Part shown: positions 17,516-26,933 of the stretch, in pieces | Position numbering within the stretch: the first letter of the stretch is position 1 | Layout of the letters: each line of letters begins with the position of its first letter | Assembly: GCA_016782645.1 (NCBI GenBank) | Contig: JADHYC010000001.1 | Span: 16,579 to 80,578 of the forward strand | Origin: Fidelibacterota bacterium | GTDB taxonomy: Bacteria; Fidelibacterota; UBA2242 | Reading direction: 5' to 3' | DNA: 64,000 bases | Notes under the pieces: generated by a model | Database searches by the model: none | What the model was told of the DNA's origin: nothing | What the model saw: the letters and a program-made list of their open reading frames with translations, nothing else | Made by a program: the position numbers and the translations under genes

Positions 17516-19585
17516 ATGGGAAGAATAGAGAAACATCCGATTTTATCAATTCCCGAAAATAGAAAAAGTGTAAAATTCTTTTTCAATTGTAAAGAATTAT
17601 ATGGGTATGAAGGGGAGATTGTATCTTCATCACTTATTGCAAATGGCATTAAGGAATTTGCAATTCATCAAAAGAATGACGCACCACAAGGAATATTTTG
17701 TGCTAACGGTCAATGTTCTCACTGTACACTTATTATTGATAGCTTTCCACTAAAATCATGTGTTACACCATTGAAAGCAGGGATGGATATACATACTTTG
17801 AAACATCTTCCTGAATTGCCACCAGATAACCGTCCTCTTGAGCATTATAAGAAGAAAGAATTGAAGTATGATGTTCTTATAATTGGAGGAGGACCTTCCG
17901 GTCTAACGGCGACAATGGAATTAGCTAAATTGGGTTTTTCTATCGTTTTGGTTGATGATAAGGAGAGGTTGGGTGGAAAACTCCTTTTGCAAACTCACAA
18001 ATTTTTTGGTTCGATAGAAGATTGCTATGCAGGGACAAGAGGTATAGATATCGCTAGCAAACTCGAGAATGAAGTACGTGCTTTTTCTAATGTTACGATT
18101 TATAAAAATACATCAGTTGTAGGAATTTATAAGGATAAAAAGGCTGGCATTTTTATTAATAATAAAAACTATGATCTTGTTGATTTTGAGGGATTGGTTG
18201 TTTCAGCCGGAGCAAGGGAAAAATCCCTGATATTTCCGGGAAATAATTTACCGGGAGTTTATGGAGCAGGGGCATTTCAGACTCTCGTGAATCGTGATCT
18301 TGTTAGATCTGCCGAAAGAGTATTTATTGTCGGCAGTGGAAATGTTGGATTGATCGCTGCATATCATGCTTTGCAGGCAGGTATTCAGGTAGTGGGCATT
18401 TGTGATATTTTAGATGAAATTTCCGGCTATAAAGTTCATGCTGATAAAATCAAAAGAATGGGAGTTCCAATTTATTTAAATCATACAGCTCTTTCAGCCG
18501 AAGGTAATGGAAAAGTGGAGAAGGTCACAATAGCCGAAGTGGATAAAAATTTTAATCCTCTTCTCGAAACTGCAAAAACCTTTGAAGTAGATACGCTGCT
18601 AATCGCTGTAGGTCTTGTACCTGTGGATGAATTTTATGATATGGCAAATCAATTTGGTTTTAAAGTTGTCAAGGCTGGTGATGCCGAAGAAATTGCGGAA
18701 GCATCCTCTGCAATGTTTGGTGGACGGATTGCCGGTCTTGAGATGGCAAAGAAACTTGGCAAAGATATTACTATAGATGATAGTTTTTCTGAAAAGGCTG
18801 AAATATTAAAAAGTAACCCAGGGGAAATTTTTAGGAGAAAAGAGATAAGACTCAATGAGAATTTTCAACCGGTTATATTCTGTCAAGAAGAGATACCTTG
18901 CGATCCCTGTACATCAATTTGTCCTACACACTCTATTGAATTAGAGAAGATTTACGGTAACATAATGGATATTCCAAAATATGAGGGTAAATGTACAGGC
19001 TGTCAAATGTGTGTTGCAATTTGCCCGGGACTTGCTATAACTCTCGCAAGGAAAATTGATAATAAATATGCTGAGGTTATTCTTCCTCATGAGTTTATTC
19101 CTGACTTTAAAGTAGGAGATGAAATTCCACTGACTGATCAAGAAGGAAAATTTCTTGAAAATGGTAAAGTGTTAAAAGTATGCTTGAATAAAAAATTTCA
19201 AACATATATTATTACGGTCAAAACATCGCTTAAAAGTGGAGCGAATGTTGCTGGTATCCGTGTTCAGGATGAGCCTGTTACTGCACCTTTACCTGAACCC
19301 TCGTTTAGTTATTTACCTGAAAATGGAATTGTCTGTCAATGTGAAATGGTCTCTGTAAAAGAGATTGTTAACTATATAAAAGAGCATTACGTTAAAGATG
19401 TTAATCAACTGAAACAAATTCGAGTAGGAATGGGCGCCTGCGGAGGGAAGAATTGTTCAACTCTTCTTCCGAGTGTTTTTAAAATGGCAGGTGTGAATTG
19501 GGAAGAAGTTACACAAGGTACAAAGAGACCACTTACTGTTGAGATTCCCATGTTTGCTTTAATTAATGAAGAGGTCATTGAGTAA
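17516..19585 (+). CDS. Multi-cofactor flavoprotein oxidoreductase large subunit (sarcosine-oxidase-alpha / HcnB / proline-dehydrogenase-alpha-like): N-terminal 2Fe-2S, two Rossmann FAD/NAD(P) folds, 4Fe-4S ferredoxin and a BFD-like 2Fe-2S domain
   Basis: 2Fe-2S (CANGQCSHCTLI...KSC); FAD fold YDVLIIGGGPSGLTATMELAKLGFSIVLVDDKERLGGKL; second Rossmann RVFIVGSGNVGLIAA; 4Fe-4S (CTGCQMCVAICPG plus CDPCTSICP); BFD-like (CQCEMVSVKEI...GMGACGGKNCSTLL). Confidence 0.7.
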   Translation: MGRIEKHPILSIPENRKSVKFFFNCKELYGYEGEIVSSSLIANGIKEFAIHQKNDAPQGIFCANGQCSHCTLIIDSFPLKSCVTPLKAGMDIHTLKHLPELPPDNRPLEHYKKKELKYDVLIIGGGPSGLTATMELAKLGFSIVLVDDKERLGGKLLLQTHKFFGSIEDCYAGTRGIDIASKLENEVRAFSNVTIYKNTSVVGIYKDKKAGIFINNKNYDLVDFEGLVVSAGAREKSLIFPGNNLPGVYGAGAFQTLVNRDLVRSAERVFIVGSGNVGLIAAYHALQAGIQVVGICDILDEISGYKVHADKIKRMGVPIYLNHTALSAEGNGKVEKVTIAEVDKNFNPLLETAKTFEVDTLLIAVGLVPVDEFYDMANQFGFKVVKAGDAEEIAEASSAMFGGRIAGLEMAKKLGKDITIDDSFSEKAEILKSNPGEIFRRKEIRLNENFQPVIFCQEEIPCDPCTSICPTHSIELEKIYGNIMDIPKYEGKCTGCQMCVAICPGLAITLARKIDNKYAEVILPHEFIPDFKVGDEIPLTDQEGKFLENGKVLKVCLNKKFQTYIITVKTSLKSGANVAGIRVQDEPVTAPLPEPSFSYLPENGIVCQCEMVSVKEIVNYIKEHYVKDVNQLKQIRVGMGACGGKNCSTLLPSVFKMAGVNWEEVTQGTKRPLTVEIPMFALINEEVIE

Positions 19586-19589
19586 AAGA

Positions 19590-20738
19590 ATGAAAAAGTA
19601 TGATGTGGCTGTAATCGGTGCCGGTAGCGTTGGTCTTCCATTGAGTTTCTTTTTGGCTGAAAAAGGATTGAAAGTTTCTGTTTTCGAGAAAATGCCCTCA
19701 GAGGGTAGAGGACAAAATAAGACGGCGATAGGTGGAATAAGAGCGACCCATTCTGATCCGGCGAAGATTAAAATTTGCAAGCTATCTATTGAAATTGTAA
19801 GTAGGATGGAAAGAGAATATGATGTAGGTATAGATTGGATTGACGGTGGGTACCTCTTTCCTGTATATGATGAAAAAAATGAGGTAGCCCTGAAAGAATT
19901 ACTGAAATCTCAGAAAAAGTTTGATCTAAATATAAATTGGATATTACCTGATGATATTGAAAAATTGACTCCCGGGATAAACAGGGGAAATTTGCGTGGT
20001 GGGACTTACTCTCCTGAAGATGGTTCTGCATCTCCATTAAAATTAGCTGATGCTTTCTATATGCTTGCAAAAAATTCAGGAGCAGAGTTTCATTTTAATG
20101 AAGAAGTCACTTCAATGAGTTTGCAAAACGGCAGGATAACTCAACTCACAACTAATAAGGATAGATACTCTGCTGGTATTGTTATTAATACTGCAGGTGC
20201 AAGTGCAAAAGATATTGGCAAGATGGTTGGTCTTGATATTCCGGTCTACCCTGATTCACATGAGGCGGGAATTACAGAGCCGGTAAAGCGATTTTTTAAA
20301 CCGATGATTGTGGATATACGGCCCGATAAACAATCTGCCAACTACTATTTTTACCAGAATAAAGAAGGACAGGTTGTATTTTGTATTACGCCATATCCAA
20401 AAATCCCTGGAATAGATATTGATAATACCTCAGAGTTTCTTCCTCTTGTTATTAAAAGAATGGTTGAGCTTTATCCAAGGCTTAGAAACTTGAGAGTGCG
20501 TAGAACATGGCGAGGACTTTATCCTATGACACCTGATGGATTTCCGATTGTAGGATATACAAAAGAAGTAGATAATTTTTTACTTGTGGTCGGAATGTGC
20601 GGGCAGGGATTTATGATTGGTCCCGGGTTGGGAAAGATTATCTCTGAGATTATCGTTGATAAAACTAATAAGTATGATGATATATTAGAGCAGCTAACTC
20701 TTTACAGGAGTTTTTCAGGAGAGGAAATACTAAAATAG
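19590..20738 (+). CDS. FAD-dependent oxidoreductase small subunit (DAO family; sarcosine-oxidase-beta / DadA-like), partner of the upstream gene
   Basis: Dinucleotide-binding motif MKKYDVAVIGAGSVGLPLSFFLAEKGLKVSVFEK. DAO-family C-terminus GLYPMTPDGFPIVG. The listed ORF (19566) overlaps the upstream gene; the likely ATG is at 19590. Confidence 0.75.
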   Translation: MKKYDVAVIGAGSVGLPLSFFLAEKGLKVSVFEKMPSEGRGQNKTAIGGIRATHSDPAKIKICKLSIEIVSRMEREYDVGIDWIDGGYLFPVYDEKNEVALKELLKSQKKFDLNINWILPDDIEKLTPGINRGNLRGGTYSPEDGSASPLKLADAFYMLAKNSGAEFHFNEEVTSMSLQNGRITQLTTNKDRYSAGIVINTAGASAKDIGKMVGLDIPVYPDSHEAGITEPVKRFFKPMIVDIRPDKQSANYYFYQNKEGQVVFCITPYPKIPGIDIDNTSEFLPLVIKRMVELYPRLRNLRVRRTWRGLYPMTPDGFPIVGYTKEVDNFLLVVGMCGQGFMIGPGLGKIISEIIVDKTNKYDDILEQLTLYRSFSGEEILK

Positions 20739-20994
20739 GGTTTTGGAAGATTTAATCAAATAATTCACCCTGGCTTACCTTAGGTTTACCTTTAGAAGGA
20801 GAAAGTGCGAAAAACCTCGCTGTTTCTTAATAAGAATAAAACCATATAAGATATCCCATCCACCTTATGCTGCTATATATAAAAGATTTTCAATTTTTTA
20901 TGAATATATTATATATGAAAATACAGGATTAGAAAAATCCCTCTTTGAATTGTAAAAGTTGCTTAGTAATTTTTATAAAGGAGGTGAAGTAGTA

Positions 20995-21377
20995 ATGGTT
21001 CAGAATATAGATAAAAGAAAATGTTACCGGTTTGAAGTATCTGGCGGTAAAGTGAAATATAAAAAAGTTAAAGTATTCGATTTTCATAAAGGTTTTTCTA
21101 TAGATTGTAGGTTGATCAATTTAAGTAAAGGCGGGGCGAACTTTACTTGTGAAGAGATCATTCGTAAAGGCAAGAAATTGATTGTCAAATTATTAATTCC
21201 CGATTACGAGCCATTGGAATTACTTGGAAAGTAAGTTGGCAAAGATCCTCCAGAGATGATTACTATTTAACTATGGGAGTTGTGTTCATACCGTTTGGTA
21301 CAGGTACATATATGAATCCAAAAGAGGCGCTTGATGTTCTCAGACGGCTCGATGCGCAATATGTAAAGGATAGGTGA
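20995..21377 (+). pseudogene. PilZ-domain (c-di-GMP receptor) gene interrupted by an apparent +2 frame shift near 21230
   Basis: Frame A holds the RxxxR (RKCYRFEV) and D/NxSxGG (NLSKGGANF) PilZ motifs and ends at TAA 21232-21234. The expected C-terminal PilZ strand (YYLTMGVVFIPF...EALDVLRRLDAQYV) continues in the +2 frame to TGA at 21375-21377. AAGGAGG ribosome-binding site before ATG 20995. Confidence 0.5.
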
Positions 21378-21512
21378 AAAAGATAGTTAAACACATTTTT
21401 ACAATCAATATTTTGCAGTACTGGAATGAATCGAAAAAATTAAATAAAAGATGGTTGTTTTTAAGATAAATTATAATAATGATTTTGGAGGGAAATTCAT
21501 TTTATACAAAAT

Positions 21513-21871
21513 GTGAATAGGATACTTATTATTAATGATGATGAGCAAATCCGGGAGATAATAGGAGAAATGCTAAAATCTTTTAGATATGAATATGAAA
21601 TGGCCTGAAAGGTGAAAATATACATCTTTGGGAACGTATATTTGCTGTTGCAGATGTATTCGATGCACTTACAACGAAACGTCCTTATAAAGGGGCATTA
21701 GAAAATGAGGAAGCATTTGATATTTTGAGAAAGGGGCGAGATTTTCACTTTGATCTTAAAATCGTTGATTTATTTTTTAACCGACTGGATAAGATATTGA
21801 AGATTCAGAAAAAATATCAGGAAGGAAAAGTAGAAACTGAAATTTTGGATATTGATAGATTAAGATACTAG
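21513..21871 (+). pseudogene. Remnant of a response-regulator / HD-GYP phosphodiesterase gene: 31-aa receiver N-terminus fused out of frame to the last ~85 aa of an HD-GYP domain
   Basis: VNRILIINDDEQIREIIGEMLKSFRYEYEMA* is a receiver-domain start. From 21599 in another frame, NGLKGENIHLWERIFAVADVFDALTTKRPYKGALENEEAFDILRKGRDFHFDLKIVDLFFNRLD is the HD-GYP C-terminal signature. The middle of the gene is missing. Confidence 0.55.
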
Positions 21872-22211
21872 TTGAGAATATTTTTAAGTTTATTTGTAAT
21901 AGGGGTGGTAGTTATTTAAGTTTTAGTTCTTTTTGGAAGTTAGATTTTTCAAGGAGATATTTTCTATTTTTTCACATTCTTCTTAAATATATTGAACATG
22001 CAAAAATTAAAAAAACCATTGAGTTTTCATTTTCATATTTATCACATCTGTGATCTATATTAGAGTTGAGAGATTGAGTATGAATATGGGAAAAGTTAAG
22101 AGAATTTCGGTGTTAATGAGAAAAATTAAAATAGTTTAAAATTTAAACTTCAATAGTATGCAAAATAATTACAATACAATTCTAACTGTATCACTATAGA
22201 ATTATTATATT

Positions 22212-23399
22212 TTGGACGTTTTTGATAGAGGAATAATAGCAATCAGTGATTTCGTTGCAGATAAAAAAAAATTAGGATTAAGTATGGAAGATATAAAAGG
22301 AATTAGGTATGAAGAGTCTCTTAGGGCAATTTTCGAAGGTTCTGTCGATCCTATTTTTATAAAGGATTTGGAAGGTAGGTATGTCAGTATAAATAAAGCT
22401 TGTATAGAAATTTTTGGGATTCCTGAACAAGAAATTGTTGGAAGAACTGACTTTAACCTTTTCCCTAATAAGGTAGCGAATGAAATACAACAGGTAGATA
22501 AGAAGGTTTTTCAGGGTAAAGTTGTAAGAAAAGATGTTTCAAGGATCATTTGTGAGAAGAATTACGTTTTTGAAATTTCAAAAGTACCGCTTTATGATGA
22601 TGAAAGGAAAGTATATGGTCTCTTGGGAATTGCGAAAGATATTACTAGGAGAAAGTGCCTTGAAAATCGACAACCAGAGCTGGAGATTGAACTTTTAGAA
22701 GAAAAGAGATTGTCTTCAATAGGTCATTTAGCTTCAGGAATTGCACACAATTTAAGCAATCCTCTAACAGTTATTATTGGTAGAGCACAGCTATTAAAAA
22801 TGAAGATGCCGGATATTGAAGAACTTGATATTATTATTTCACAATCAAAAAGGATAAAAACGATTATAGATAACATGAATATAAAGAGTTGTCAGGAAAA
22901 AGATACCAGTAAAAAGCCTCTTGATTTGAATGAATTACTATCTATTGAGTTATTCTTTCTGGAAGCAGACCTATATTTCAAACATGAGATTCATAAGGAT
23001 TTTCAATTCCAGGATGTTCTGCCGTTGATAGAAGGGATATATGGCGATTTCTCTCAGGGTTTTATTAGCATTATCCGTTATTCAATTGACCTAATGCGTA
23101 ATTCAGTTGAGAAGAAATTAAAAGTAAAAACAAGAAGCGATAAAAATTTTATCTATATTGATATTTCAGATACTGGATGTGGTATTTCCAAAGAAGTTGC
23201 ATCTAAACTTTTCGCTCCAGAGGATGGTACAGTATCCTTTGAGTTAGGTAGTGAAGAAGAGAAACAAAAAGTTCTTCGATTGAGCCTTTATAGATCTTAT
23301 CGGATTCTTAAATCATACGGTATAGAAGTTGATGTTTGGAGTGAAATTGGAAAAGGAACTACCTTCATTATAAAGATTCCATACAGGGAAACTGTATAA
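22212..23399 (+). CDS. PAS-domain sensor histidine kinase
   Basis: PAS region (AIFEGSVDPIFIKDLEGRYVSINKACIEIFGIPEQEIVGRTDFNLFP). H-box LSSIGHLASGIAHNLSNPLTVIIGRAQLL. HATPase_c motifs (DTGCGISKEVASKLF, GKGTTFIIKIP). The true start may be the internal Met at about 22284. Confidence 0.8.
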   Translation: MDVFDRGIIAISDFVADKKKLGLSMEDIKGIRYEESLRAIFEGSVDPIFIKDLEGRYVSINKACIEIFGIPEQEIVGRTDFNLFPNKVANEIQQVDKKVFQGKVVRKDVSRIICEKNYVFEISKVPLYDDERKVYGLLGIAKDITRRKCLENRQPELEIELLEEKRLSSIGHLASGIAHNLSNPLTVIIGRAQLLKMKMPDIEELDIIISQSKRIKTIIDNMNIKSCQEKDTSKKPLDLNELLSIELFFLEADLYFKHEIHKDFQFQDVLPLIEGIYGDFSQGFISIIRYSIDLMRNSVEKKLKVKTRSDKNFIYIDISDTGCGISKEVASKLFAPEDGTVSFELGSEEEKQKVLRLSLYRSYRILKSYGIEVDVWSEIGKGTTFIIKIPYRETV

Positions 23400-23521
23400 T
23401 TGTAAATCCATAAAATATTTCGTTATTAATGTCTTATTTGATCGCATAATACTTTATCTTTTTACTTAATTATATTACAGTTGGAAAGTATACATTTATT
23501 CAATAGTGAAGGGAAATCCAA

Positions 23522-23965
23522 ATGAGTGAACAGAAATATAAAGAGTTGAAAACTCGTATTGTTGAGCTTGAAAAACAGTTAAAGGAAAGTAGAAATATTG
23601 TTAACAGGCTAACAGAGTCAGAGAAACATTATCTTTCCTTTTTTGAAAATAGTTCTGAAGGGATTTGGTGTTTTGAAGGGGACCCTATACAAATAAATCT
23701 TAATGAAGATGAAATTATAAACCGTATCTACTCTAATGCGCTAATGGTTGAGTGCAATGATACAATGGCAAGAATGTATGGATTTGAAAAGAGGGAAGAT
23801 ATTTTAGGGACACGACTTGAAAATCTCCTTGTTCCTACAGATGATAGGAATATAGATTATTTAAAAAGTTTTATACAAAATGGTTTTCGTCTGGTTGACG
23901 GTGAATCGCATGAGCCTGATGCTGAGGGTAAGGTTCATGTATTTCTAAACCAATCAAAATGTTAG
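23522..23965 (+). CDS. Stand-alone PAS-like domain protein with an N-terminal coiled coil
   Basis: N-terminal coiled coil (KELKTRIVELEKQLKESRN) followed by a PAS-like region (HYLSFFENSSEGIWCFE...). It overlaps the downstream receiver gene by 7 nt (ATGTTAG). Confidence 0.45.
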   Translation: MSEQKYKELKTRIVELEKQLKESRNIVNRLTESEKHYLSFFENSSEGIWCFEGDPIQINLNEDEIINRIYSNALMVECNDTMARMYGFEKREDILGTRLENLLVPTDDRNIDYLKSFIQNGFRLVDGESHEPDAEGKVHVFLNQSKC

Positions 23966-24333
23966 TTGTAGATGATGAATCTGCTGCAAGAGATTTGCTC
24001 TATGATATGTTAATAATGGAGAATCATGAGGTTTTTAAAGCAGCAGATGGAAAAGAAGCTCTGGAGATATTTAAAAGAGAAGGTGACATAAAAGTTATCC
24101 TTACAGATTTAGGAATGCCTGGGATTTCAGGATGGGAATTATCGGAACAGATAAAGAAGATTGATCCAAAGACAGTGGTTGTAATGATAACAGGCTGGGG
24201 ATTTCAAATAGATTCTGAGCGGGTGGCAAAATGTGGCATTGACCGAGCTATAGTAAAGCCTTTTCAGGTGGAACAGGTTTTTAATTTGGTAGCGGATTGT
24301 GTGAAAATAAGAAGGCAAAGAGAAAATGAGTAA
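23959..24333 (+). CDS. Single-domain response regulator (CheY-like receiver)
   Basis: MLVVDDESAARDLL...ADGKEALEIF...VILTDLGMPGISGWEL...AIVKPF has the acidic pocket DD, the phospho-acceptor D in LTDLGMP and the conserved K in VKPF. Confidence 0.8.
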   Translation: MLVVDDESAARDLLYDMLIMENHEVFKAADGKEALEIFKREGDIKVILTDLGMPGISGWELSEQIKKIDPKTVVVMITGWGFQIDSERVAKCGIDRAIVKPFQVEQVFNLVADCVKIRRQRENE

Positions 24334-24366
24334 GCTTATGACACAACTATCTATCGAAAGATTAAA

Positions 24367-26655
24367 ATGAATATGCACAAGTTACCTTTAGTTTTTATAG
24401 TTATTTTTACACTTGGATTAGCATCTCCAGTTAAGGCAGAAAAGTTCAGTCTGGTGAGAGTTCATATTACGTCTCCTCATGATGGTTTTTCATTAATGCA
24501 GATAGGGATTGATCTTGAAGGAGCAAATATAAAGCGAGGGAATTTTTGTGAGATTGTGCTTTCGGAAGAGCAGATTGAAACGCTACAAAAAGCTGATTTC
24601 AAAACAGAAGTGCTGATTGATGACCTAACAAAATATTATCAAGGTCGCTTTAATATGGAATTGATAAAGGGATTTGGTTTAGGCAGTATGGGAGGGTTTT
24701 ATACATTTGGTGAAGTTGTGCAGCAGTTGGAAGAAATGGTAACGCAATATCCGGATCTGATTACACAGAAACAGTGTATAAGTACTACTTATGAAGGGCG
24801 AGATATCTGGGTGGTTAAGATTTCAGATAATCCAAATATTGATGAACCTGATGAACCGGAAGTTTTGTACACTGCTCTTCATCACGCACGAGAGCCACAA
24901 AGCATGATGGTTTTGATTTATTACATGTGGTATTTACTTGAAAACTACGGAGAAGATGAAGCAGTAACATATCTTGTTGACAATCGCGAGCAGTGGTTTA
25001 TCCCAGTTTTTAATCCTGATGGCTATGTCTATAACGAGACTATTGAGCCAAACGGCGGTGGCTTGCATAGAAAGAACCGGTTTCCAAATGGTTGTTCAGG
25101 GACTGAAGTCGGCGTGGATTTAAACAGAAATTACGGTTATATGTGGGGCTATGATAATAGTGGTTCCAGTCCGTTTCCTTGTGATCAAACTTATAGAGGA
25201 ATCGAAGCATTTTCAGAATTGGAAACCCAGGCTATTAAAGATTTTTGTTTGAATCATGATTTTAAATTAGCTTTAAATTATCATACATATTCAAATCTAT
25301 TTATCCACCCTTTTGGTTATGAAGAAAGTATATATCCTCCAGAACCTGATCTTTCTACTTTTAGGGAGTATTTAAATGATATGTCAACATGGAATGGCTA
25401 CCAGGTTGGTACTACATATGAAACAATTGGATATATTACAAATGGTGATGCAAATGACTGGATGTATGGCGAATTGGGGATTTTTACTGCTACTCCGGAA
25501 GTAGGAAATTATTCAGATGGATTCTGGCCATCAACGGATCGCATTTTCCCTTTAGCTGAAGAGAATTTGAATCCAAATCTCTATTTAGCATGGATGGCAG
25601 GTTCCTGTTTTGAAGTTTCACAATTTGATTTAGGTTGTGAAGATTATCCCGATCCTGGAGAGGATCTGAGTATAGTCTTTAGTATTAAGAACAAAGGACT
25701 TCAAAATTCTAATGGAAATGTTTATATAGATATTTATTCGGACAGCCCATATTTGAATTTCGATATGACAATACTAAATCTTGGTGCTATTTCAAGTAGA
25801 GAAGTAGTTGCAAATATTGCTGATCCAATAAATACGTCTCTGGGTATATCTACTCCGATTGGAGAAAATATTAAGATATATTTTAATATTTATGATCTTG
25901 GTGGTTATTTTTTTTCCGATTCTATATCATTTAGAGTTGGCACACCCGCTGTTTTACTTTATGAAGATGCAGAAGGTGAACTTTTCCAATGGAATATTGG
26001 TGATGGATGGGGGAAAAGTGCAGAATATTACTACGGAGACTCCAGTTTGACTGATAGCCCTGATGGAGAATATCCTGATGATTGTAACAATGCTTTGACA
26101 TTGATCCAATCCTTTAATCTGACCGAATTATCCTCTGCTACTTTGCAATATTGGACTAAGTGGGCGGTAGAAGCAAATTGGGATTTTGGACAGGTAGAAA
26201 TTTCTCTAAATGGTGGAAGTACTTGGATACCATTGCGCGCACCGAAAATGTCTTTAGGTACTGGCCAGGGTGCTCAACCAGAAGGGGAGTTTGGATATGA
26301 TGGTGTCCAGAATGATTGGCTTCTGGAAAGTATTTCACTTAGTGAATGGATAGGTAATGAAAACATTAAGATCAGATTTGTTCTCAAAACAGATTCTGCA
26401 GTTACAGATGATGGGTGGTATTTGGATAATATTACAGTATTTGGTTATCCGGTGATTGCATATACTCCCGGTGATGTAAACAATGACGGTGTTATTAATG
26501 TTAGTGATATAGTGAGAATAGTAAATATTATTCTTAGTACTGGTAATGAACCAACAGAGCAGGAATTGTTGGCTGGTGATATTAATAGTGATGGAGATTT
26601 AAATGTTGTTGATATAGTGATGATTGTTATTTTAATTCTCAATCAAGGAGAATAA
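24367..26655 (+). CDS. Secreted M14 zinc carboxypeptidase with an N-terminal pro-domain, a MAM/choice-of-anchor-like beta-sandwich domain and a C-terminal type-I dockerin (two Ca-binding repeats); no T9SS sorting domain
   Basis: Signal peptide. M14 motifs HHAREPQS (HxxE), NPDGY, VDLNRNY and the third His in LNYHTYSNLFIHPFGY. MAM-like ...NGGSTWIPL...DDGWYLDNITVFG. Dockerin GDVNNDGVINVSDIVRIVNIIL...GDINSDGDLNVVDIVMIVILIL. Confidence 0.8.
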   Translation: MNMHKLPLVFIVIFTLGLASPVKAEKFSLVRVHITSPHDGFSLMQIGIDLEGANIKRGNFCEIVLSEEQIETLQKADFKTEVLIDDLTKYYQGRFNMELIKGFGLGSMGGFYTFGEVVQQLEEMVTQYPDLITQKQCISTTYEGRDIWVVKISDNPNIDEPDEPEVLYTALHHAREPQSMMVLIYYMWYLLENYGEDEAVTYLVDNREQWFIPVFNPDGYVYNETIEPNGGGLHRKNRFPNGCSGTEVGVDLNRNYGYMWGYDNSGSSPFPCDQTYRGIEAFSELETQAIKDFCLNHDFKLALNYHTYSNLFIHPFGYEESIYPPEPDLSTFREYLNDMSTWNGYQVGTTYETIGYITNGDANDWMYGELGIFTATPEVGNYSDGFWPSTDRIFPLAEENLNPNLYLAWMAGSCFEVSQFDLGCEDYPDPGEDLSIVFSIKNKGLQNSNGNVYIDIYSDSPYLNFDMTILNLGAISSREVVANIADPINTSLGISTPIGENIKIYFNIYDLGGYFFSDSISFRVGTPAVLLYEDAEGELFQWNIGDGWGKSAEYYYGDSSLTDSPDGEYPDDCNNALTLIQSFNLTELSSATLQYWTKWAVEANWDFGQVEISLNGGSTWIPLRAPKMSLGTGQGAQPEGEFGYDGVQNDWLLESISLSEWIGNENIKIRFVLKTDSAVTDDGWYLDNITVFGYPVIAYTPGDVNNDGVINVSDIVRIVNIILSTGNEPTEQELLAGDINSDGDLNVVDIVMIVILILNQGE

Positions 26656-26933
26656 AGCCTTTTTATATGGCAAATTTGGATGTCTTACTTGCTGAAAGGG
26701 TTGATGTGCCCTAAATCACGAAATTTATATTTTGTTTTTGATTTTTCGAAATAACTTCTTTATTGTGTTTAAAATCACAGTAATTATAGAAGCTTAAAAC
26801 TACTTTTGTCTGAGATGATATATAATGATATTCATAAGAAATGTATAGTAAGTTTCTTCTCCACAGAATGGCAAATCAAGAAGATTTACTCGGATTCTTT
26901 TCTTTTGGGAGTTTTTATAAAAAAAAATATTAA

